Below are positions 57,926-64,000 of a DNA stretch of 64,000 nucleotides, piece by piece. The translations under genes and the position numbers were made by a program. The stretch lies in NCBI GenBank assembly GCA_963675595.2, contig CAXXLZ010000002.1, positions 1,056,001 to 1,120,000 on the forward strand, read 5' to 3'. The stretch's first letter is position 1. Each line of letters begins with the position of its first letter. Under the pieces are notes generated by a model. It was not told the DNA's origin. It searched no databases and worked only from the letters and a program-made list of their open reading frames with translations. The DNA comes from Thermodesulfobacteriota bacterium (lineage in GTDB: Bacteria > Desulfobacterota > Desulfarculia > JACQYL01).

Positions 57926-58879
57926 ATGGAACGCTTCATGAGCAAGACCATTTCATGCGACCTGAAAACGGAATCGGACGCACAACTCAACTGGTACGGG
58001 CAGTTTGCTTCGAAGGATTGGGAAATGCGTTTCAGGGACAGCCGGTGGAAGAGAGACTCGCAGAGAATGCGCCTGATCGGCCTCGTCACCGGTTTTGCCT
58101 ATCTCGCGGGGTTTTTCGGAGACTATGTGCATCCGGGATTGGAGTCCGCCCAACTCTCGGTGATGGCGTCACTTAGAATGCTGGTTTTCCTGGCGGGGGT
58201 AGGGTGCGCAATCTTGGCCGTAAACAGAAAGAACTATCAAGCTCTCGTCTTATACATGGCGGGCTATATGCTGCTGGTCATGTCTGCCGAGTCCTTGGAA
58301 CTAGTCTTCAAGTTCGTACCCGGCGAAGCACAACAGGTACCGTTCACTCTTGTTATCCTGCTGATGTTTTATGTCTTTCTCCCGCTTCAGCTGCTTCCTA
58401 CCGTCTTGGTGGGAGTACTTGCCGGCATTCTTTTTGTTTCCGCCCTTGCATTGTTCACTCCGGCGCCGGCGGCGCACCTGGTGTGCCTCCTTCTCTTTTT
58501 CTCGCTCACCAATGCCTTCGGCGTTTACTTTCTTCTCAGTTTCTCCAAGTCCCAACGAGGGGAATTTCAGGCCCTCGCCGGCCAACAAGAAACGAACCAA
58601 AGGCTTGAACAAGAGATATTCGAAAGGAAGGAAGCGGAGAGGGAGCAGAGACGTCTGGTAGAGGAACTACGCGGGGCTTTGGCGGAAGTCAAGACCCTGC
58701 AAGGCCTAATCCCCATCTGCGCCAACTGCAAGAAGATTCGGGACGACAAGGGTTATTGGCAACAGTTGGAGAAGTATATCCAGGATCGGTCCGACGCGGT
58801 GTTCAGCCACGGCATCTGTCCGGAGTGCGCGAGAAAATATTACCCGGAGATAGCCGACGAATTGGGTGCCGATGGGTGA
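57926..58879 (+). CDS. Multi-TM protein with C-terminal Cys/His (putative Zn) domain
   Basis: About six TMs, coiled coil, LIPICANCKKIRDDKGYW...SHGICPEC. Confidence 0.85.
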   Translation: MERFMSKTISCDLKTESDAQLNWYGQFASKDWEMRFRDSRWKRDSQRMRLIGLVTGFAYLAGFFGDYVHPGLESAQLSVMASLRMLVFLAGVGCAILAVNRKNYQALVLYMAGYMLLVMSAESLELVFKFVPGEAQQVPFTLVILLMFYVFLPLQLLPTVLVGVLAGILFVSALALFTPAPAAHLVCLLLFFSLTNAFGVYFLLSFSKSQRGEFQALAGQQETNQRLEQEIFERKEAEREQRRLVEELRGALAEVKTLQGLIPICANCKKIRDDKGYWQQLEKYIQDRSDAVFSHGICPECARKYYPEIADELGADG

Positions 58880-58996
58880 CAGGTTCCCTCGCTATCTTGC
58901 CCCGTGGACGTCTCGTCTCCTCCACGTACACGGGCCTTCGTTGTGGAGACCCGGCTCCGCACTGAAAAACGAGCTTTAGGGCCTGCGTGGCAACGA

Positions 58997-59389
58997 TCAA
59001 CCCAAGACTTTTCGAACCGCCTCCAACAACTCGTCCGGCTCCGGCGGTTTCTCGATATAGGAACTGGGCTCGGGGATGGTTTCCCCTTCGTAGCGGTCCA
59101 GCATATCCTGGGAATGGAAAAACGTCTTCTTGGCCATGGCGCTCACCATAATGACCGGGATGTCCTTGAGCTCAGGATCGCTCTTCAGCTCCCGGTAAAG
59201 ATGAATTCCACTCTCTCGGGGCATCATCACATCCATGATGATCAGAGCGGGTTTCTTTGCCTTGGCCGTCTCGAGCCCCTCCACTCCGTCCGCGGCGCTG
59301 ATCGGCTTGTAACCGTTGGTTTCCAGCAGTGTGGTTACAAAGGTCCGCATGTCCAATTCATCATCCACAACGAGCACTTTTTTAGCCAT
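58997..59389 (-). CDS. Single-domain response regulator
   Basis: VLVVDDE, MDVMMP, VSA, YIEKP. Confidence 0.93.
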   Translation of the reverse strand: MAKKVLVVDDELDMRTFVTTLLETNGYKPISAADGVEGLETAKAKKPALIIMDVMMPRESGIHLYRELKSDPELKDIPVIMVSAMAKKTFFHSQDMLDRYEGETIPEPSSYIEKPPEPDELLEAVRKVLG

Positions 59390-59423
59390 ATCAATTTCCT
59401 CCGTCGCCGGTCATGGGCTCGGG

Positions 59424-59921
59424 CTATGCCAGATGGGTGGGAAGCGTGTATCTTTTTGCCGGGTTCCTGATGGCGATCACATGGCAATGGGCGTACTTGG
59501 ACACGTTGGCCACGGTGCTGCCGTGTTCGATCCGTTCCGATTCGGCCTTGCCCAAAGTGCCCATGACGATGGCATCGATGTCGTGCTTCCTCGCGTATCT
59601 TACGATTTCCACGTCGGGTGATCCGCACTTCACCACATAAACATGGTTCGGAAATCCCTCCAGCTTCGGCGCGTACTCCAGTCTTAACGCGTCTTCCGCC
59701 GCCTTTTGCACTTCTTCGCCGAAAAAGGCCTCACCACCGGGAGCCTCAACAGGAACATGCTCGTCCACAACGTGCCGCATGTAGGAATAGGACGAATGAG
59801 GCACATGTAGGATATGCAGACGGGCCCCATATTTTCGGGCCAGATCCAATGCGTGGTGGAAGGCGATATTGGCGTCTTCCGAGAAGTCGGTGCAAAACAG
59901 AATATTTTTGTATTCGACCAC
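59424..59921 (-). CDS. Universal stress protein
   Basis: NILFCTDFS, LHILHV, IVMGT.G..GS...NV. Confidence 0.93.
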   Translation of the reverse strand: MVEYKNILFCTDFSEDANIAFHHALDLARKYGARLHILHVPHSSYSYMRHVVDEHVPVEAPGGEAFFGEEVQKAAEDALRLEYAPKLEGFPNHVYVVKCGSPDVEIVRYARKHDIDAIVMGTLGKAESERIEHGSTVANVSKYAHCHVIAIRNPAKRYTLPTHLA

Positions 59922-60039
59922 GTTGTTCTCCTTTTGATCGGCGTCGGACTACCGCAACACGACGGACACCGTATCGCACCATGTTCGTACACGAGTTGGC
60001 CCCGTGAACTCTCCCCGGACCCCAACCGCGCCCATGGGG

Positions 60040-61188
60040 TCAATCTTGGGCCTGGAACGGGATTCGCATGGTGAATAGGGTCCCCTTTCCGGGTTTCGAC
60101 TCGAATTCGATCGTTCCCCCGAGGCCATCAACGATCCTGCGCGTCATCATGAGTCCGAGCCCCGTGCCTTTGCTCCCTTTGGTGGTGAAGAAACCCTTGA
60201 ACACTTGGGCCTGCGTGTCGGCGTCCATCCCTTTGCCGCTGTCCTCCACCTGATATTGGATGCCGTCGGCTTCATACATGGAACGAATCACGATGCTTCC
60301 TCCGCCGTCCGTGAAGTCTTTTTCAGTGCACGCATCCAGTGCGTTGGTCACCAAGTCCAGCAAACACCGATGGACCGACTCGTAGTCCATCAGACAAGGT
60401 TGCGCATCGGGATCCGGTTCAAGCTCCAACTTCACTCCACATTCCGAGCACCGAGACGCCGTTAGTTCCGCCACCTCCCTGCACGGCAGGTTCGGATCGC
60501 ACGTTGTGTAATGGGGTTTCCAGGGTTTGGCGAAGTTCAGAAGGTCCATGGACAAGGCCTTGATTCGGTTCACGTTGCCCTTGACCATCTGCAGGCCTTT
60601 GTGAAGGTATTCCTGATTGTCGAGTTCCAGGCCCTTTTCCAGAACATAGATTCCGCCGCCGCACCCACCGGTGATGTTCTTGATGGCATGAGCCAGCCCC
60701 GCCACGGTCTGTCCCACGGCGGCCATACGCTCGGCCTCGATCAGTTGTCGAGTCTTCTCCTCCACGAGCCTCTCAAGCTCTTGGGTATGTTCCCGCAGCT
60801 GGGACTTGAGCCGAATTTTCTCCCATGCTCTATCGAGAGCTACCTCCAGAACCTCATCACCCACGGGTTTGGTGATGAAGTCCGTAGCGTCGTACTTCAG
60901 ACTCCGAATGGCCAGTTCCATGTCTCCGTGTCCGGTGAAAACGATCACTTCGGTTTCCGGCCTTTCGTTCTTGATCCGTTGAAGCAGCTCGATACCGTCC
61001 ATACCCGGCATCTTGATATCCGTCAGCACAATGGCGGGATCGTGACGTCTGAACAGCTCCAGGGCCTGCTCTCCATTTGCCGCCAAAAACACCTCATAGC
61101 CGCGGTCTTCCAGGGCGATCCCCAAGACCGTTCGGATTCCTTCCTCATCATCAACCAACAACAGGCGCTTCAAGAAAGTCTTCGCCAT
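60040..61188 (-). CDS. REC-histidine kinase hybrid
   Basis: LLVDDE..TDIKMP receiver, AGLAHAIKN H-box, FFTTKG..GTGLGL. Confidence 0.94.
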   Translation of the reverse strand: MAKTFLKRLLLVDDEEGIRTVLGIALEDRGYEVFLAANGEQALELFRRHDPAIVLTDIKMPGMDGIELLQRIKNERPETEVIVFTGHGDMELAIRSLKYDATDFITKPVGDEVLEVALDRAWEKIRLKSQLREHTQELERLVEEKTRQLIEAERMAAVGQTVAGLAHAIKNITGGCGGGIYVLEKGLELDNQEYLHKGLQMVKGNVNRIKALSMDLLNFAKPWKPHYTTCDPNLPCREVAELTASRCSECGVKLELEPDPDAQPCLMDYESVHRCLLDLVTNALDACTEKDFTDGGGSIVIRSMYEADGIQYQVEDSGKGMDADTQAQVFKGFFTTKGSKGTGLGLMMTRRIVDGLGGTIEFESKPGKGTLFTMRIPFQAQD

Positions 61189-61285
61189 TTGCCTTGAGCC
61201 GTTCCTCGGCGTGAATTCGGTCTGAGCGACCCAGCCGATCTCCGCCTTTAAACAATCCCGATCTCACCCTCACTTCGTCCCTGCT

Positions 61286-63556
61286 TCACGCCCCCACCGC
61301 AATGGGAAAACGGACAATGAACGTGGAACCGACGCCTTCTTCACTTTCCACTCGAATCTCTCCGTTGTAATCCTTCACGATGCCGTAGGAAATGGAAAGG
61401 CCCAAACCCGTTCCCTTTCCCACGCGCTTGGTGGTGAAAAAGGGTTCGAATATCCGATCCACAATGGAGTCGGCAATGCCCCGACCCGTGTCCCGCACCT
61501 CCACGTTCACCATAACGTCTTTGAAATGGGTCTTCAGAAATATCTTTTTTTCTTCACCTTCCCGAGGTCCCTGTTCCCATTTCTCCTCGATGGCGTCCCG
61601 GGCGTTGATCAGCAGATTGATGAATACCTGCTCAAGCCGGTTGGCGTCGGCCAGGATAGGAGGGAGCTTATCGTCGAGATCGAAAACCACTTCGATTTCC
61701 CGCAACTTCAGTTGCTGCTGAAACAACTCCGCAGCCTTTCGGAGAGGGTCGTTCACATCCACTCTTTCTCTCTGGACGTCGGACTTCCTGCCGAATTGCC
61801 TCATGTGATCGATGATGCGCGCCGCTCGATCCACATGGGCGTCTATCTCCTCCATCATGGTGGCCAGTATTTCGGGCTTGACGGGTTCCCGTTTGCTCAT
61901 TTTTCGTCTAAGAAAGCTACTCGCCGTTTTGATCACCGACAAGGGTTGGTTCAGTTCGTGAGCCACACCCGTCGCCATTTCCCCCACGGTGGCCATTTTA
62001 CCGGCCTGGATGAGTTGTTGCTCGGCCATGAGGCGCAACGTCACATCACTGGTAGTCGCCAAAAGAGCGGAGCGCCCGAGGTACTCGGAGGAGGAAACCC
62101 GGATATTCACGTAGATGGCTTTCCCATCCTTGCGAACCTGACGCATTTTGTCCAACGTGCTGGTGAGTTTGAGCCGGGCCGCGGCCCGCTTCCGGTCCTT
62201 CTCATCAAACAAGTCCGTGAAACACGTTCCCGTGAGTTCATCCTTCTCATACCCATATACGGGTGTTACACTTTGGTTGGCGTCCAGAATCCGAAGCGTC
62301 TCCGCATCCAAAACGAATACCGGATTAGGGATGGTGTTGAAGATCGTTCTGTAGTTCTCCTCGGATTTGCGGACCTCCTCTTCCAGTGCCCGCATCCGCG
62401 TAACGTCAAGGCAGATTTCCAGAGCCGCCGTCACTTCGCCCTTGGAATTCTTGATGGGAGACACCCTCACCAGCCAACTGGACTCGCTCCCGTCCTTCTT
62501 CAACCCCATCTCTTCACTATAATGAGGCTCGCCGTCCTCGAAAGTTTGGACCACGGGACAGACCTCGCAGGGTTCGGAGCGTCCCTTGTAGGCTTGATAG
62601 CAGAAGTCCCCCACATTGGGGGAAAACTGATCGGCGAATTCCTTGTTGAATTTGACCAACTTGAGATTCCGATCCTGTACCGTGATGAAGCAAGGGGTCT
62701 GCTCGAACAGCACCTGAAACTCGTCGCGTTGTCTTTTCAGCTCCTCCTGGTTTTCCCGGATTCGAGTTCCCATGGCGTTTACCGCATAAGCCAGTTGACC
62801 GATCTCGTCGTCCCGCTCAATGTCCCTCGCATAATCATAGACCCCGGCCCCGATACACTGAGTCCATTGGATCAGCTTGCGGATGGGCCGGTTCACGTAC
62901 CGGGTCAAAAACAGCGCGATGCTGCCGGCGCTTCCCAGGAACAAAAGAAGCAACAACGCGGCGATTCCTCTTTCCTGGGCCCGGATTTCCCCGCGAACCT
63001 GGTCCATGGACACCACCACATCCAGAATGCCAAGAACCTTCTTCTCAGGGGGATGAACATGACAGGCCTGCGAACAGCCCGGTTCGTTATAAATGGGACT
63101 GATCACGCCCATAAACCCTTTTCCGTCCGGTGTCTCGAACACTCGAACTCGCTCTTCCAGAGTCAAGGCCGTTTTGGGTCGTTCTCCGGCGTGGCAGACT
63201 TTACAGGTTTCGGAGTTCAGGTCGCGCGCTTGATCGAGCTCCGTTGAATCGCCGGAAAACTTGATACGCCCTTGCTTATTGAAGATCCGAACCTCCTCGA
63301 TACCCTCCTGCGTCACCACATTGTTGATGATCCGGTTAAGATCGTTTCTTGAATTCAACATCATGGCGTAATGCGTCCCAAGTCGGATCGTGTTGCTCAA
63401 TCGGTCGACCTCGGAAGTCATGTTACGGTAGGCTTTCATTTTTTGGACGTCCAGGGTGTAGTAGCCCCAGAACGAAATGCAAACCAGGAGAATCAGCCCC
63501 ACGCAGAAGCTGAGGCGAAAACCCAATGTGCCGAACAAGGGGAAGAAACGGGCCAT
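61286..63556 (-). CDS. Sensor histidine kinase with periplasmic heme-c motifs, HAMP and two PAS domains
   Basis: CKVCH and CSQACH between the TMs; DEIGQLA HAMP; HELNQP H-box. Confidence 0.94.
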   Translation of the reverse strand: MARFFPLFGTLGFRLSFCVGLILLVCISFWGYYTLDVQKMKAYRNMTSEVDRLSNTIRLGTHYAMMLNSRNDLNRIINNVVTQEGIEEVRIFNKQGRIKFSGDSTELDQARDLNSETCKVCHAGERPKTALTLEERVRVFETPDGKGFMGVISPIYNEPGCSQACHVHPPEKKVLGILDVVVSMDQVRGEIRAQERGIAALLLLLFLGSAGSIALFLTRYVNRPIRKLIQWTQCIGAGVYDYARDIERDDEIGQLAYAVNAMGTRIRENQEELKRQRDEFQVLFEQTPCFITVQDRNLKLVKFNKEFADQFSPNVGDFCYQAYKGRSEPCEVCPVVQTFEDGEPHYSEEMGLKKDGSESSWLVRVSPIKNSKGEVTAALEICLDVTRMRALEEEVRKSEENYRTIFNTIPNPVFVLDAETLRILDANQSVTPVYGYEKDELTGTCFTDLFDEKDRKRAAARLKLTSTLDKMRQVRKDGKAIYVNIRVSSSEYLGRSALLATTSDVTLRLMAEQQLIQAGKMATVGEMATGVAHELNQPLSVIKTASSFLRRKMSKREPVKPEILATMMEEIDAHVDRAARIIDHMRQFGRKSDVQRERVDVNDPLRKAAELFQQQLKLREIEVVFDLDDKLPPILADANRLEQVFINLLINARDAIEEKWEQGPREGEEKKIFLKTHFKDVMVNVEVRDTGRGIADSIVDRIFEPFFTTKRVGKGTGLGLSISYGIVKDYNGEIRVESEEGVGSTFIVRFPIAVGA

Positions 63557-63792
63557 GGTATTCCGTCGATCGGAGAACGTCCGTTAGCGAGCAGGCTCCT
63601 GAGACTTTGGTCGGCGTTCCGGAACGGCAATTTCACTTCGCATCCGTTCAAGCGTTTTCTCGGCCTCCGGAGGAAGCGTCCGGCCGACTCGAAGCGCCTG
63701 TCGATACACGACGAATCCGAAACAAGACCAAGGCACGAACCGGCCTCTCAAGTCCACTCTTCCGGATCCTTAACATGATTTCCCCAGGGTCG

Positions 63793-63999
63793 CTACTCTT
63801 CGTCCTCTTCCTGCGGAATCATGTGCTCCGGAACGTCCATGAGTTCCACGATCGCTTCCTTGAAGTGGATCGCCTTGATGCCCAGATCGTACTCCTTATT
63901 CAAATCCCGAATCTGGTCGATGCAGTTGTGGCAAGGTACGAAAACGATCTTCGCTCCCGTCGCCCGAATCTGTTCCGCCTTGATCTTCCCGCTCTTCAA
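63793..63999 (-). CDS. C-terminus of a CCG-domain Fe-S oxidoreductase (TmcB/HmcF/HdrD-like), partial
   Basis: K.EQI.ATGAK....PCHNC.DQ. Confidence 0.8.
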   Translation of the reverse strand: MKSGKIKAEQIRATGAKIVFVPCHNCIDQIRDLNKEYDLGIKAIHFKEAIVELMDVPEHMIPQEEDEE

Positions 64000-64000
64000 G

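Overview
GC-rich bacterial chromosome segment. Gene content (CCG-domain Fe-S protein, heme-c sensor kinase, Cache sensors, CxxC..HGICPxC-tailed membrane proteins) points to Desulfobacterota / deltaproteobacteria; this is an inference. Positions 1-29.5 kb hold host genes: RND adaptor and TolC, a nitroreductase, a Cache sensor / TM-PAS-exonuclease / DUF294 nucleotidyltransferase trio, TetR-AhpD, katA-perR, a hybrid kinase, an acyl-CoA dehydrogenase, and four secreted proteins, two of which share an unrecognised ~95-aa C-terminal domain. An IS1182/IS5-like element at 29.95-31.83 kb truncates a membrane gene. The main feature is a ~25 kb, 26-gene, single-strand siphophage late operon at 32.5-57.7 kb: terS, terL, portal, head, P22-like coat, neck, tail tube, frameshifted tail chaperone, tape measure, fibres and lysis genes. 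Its ORFs look intact, but no integrase, repressor, replication gene or convincing att site is present, and host-type genes abut it on both sides. Most of its intergenic gaps are filled with three families of palindromic repeats, one of which also occurs in the host part of the window. Its receptor-binding modules look recently swapped (low GC). It is a candidate domesticated gene-transfer-agent / PBSX-like particle. Positions 57.9-64 kb hold a redox two-component cluster. All products were assigned by motif recognition by eye; no database search was run.
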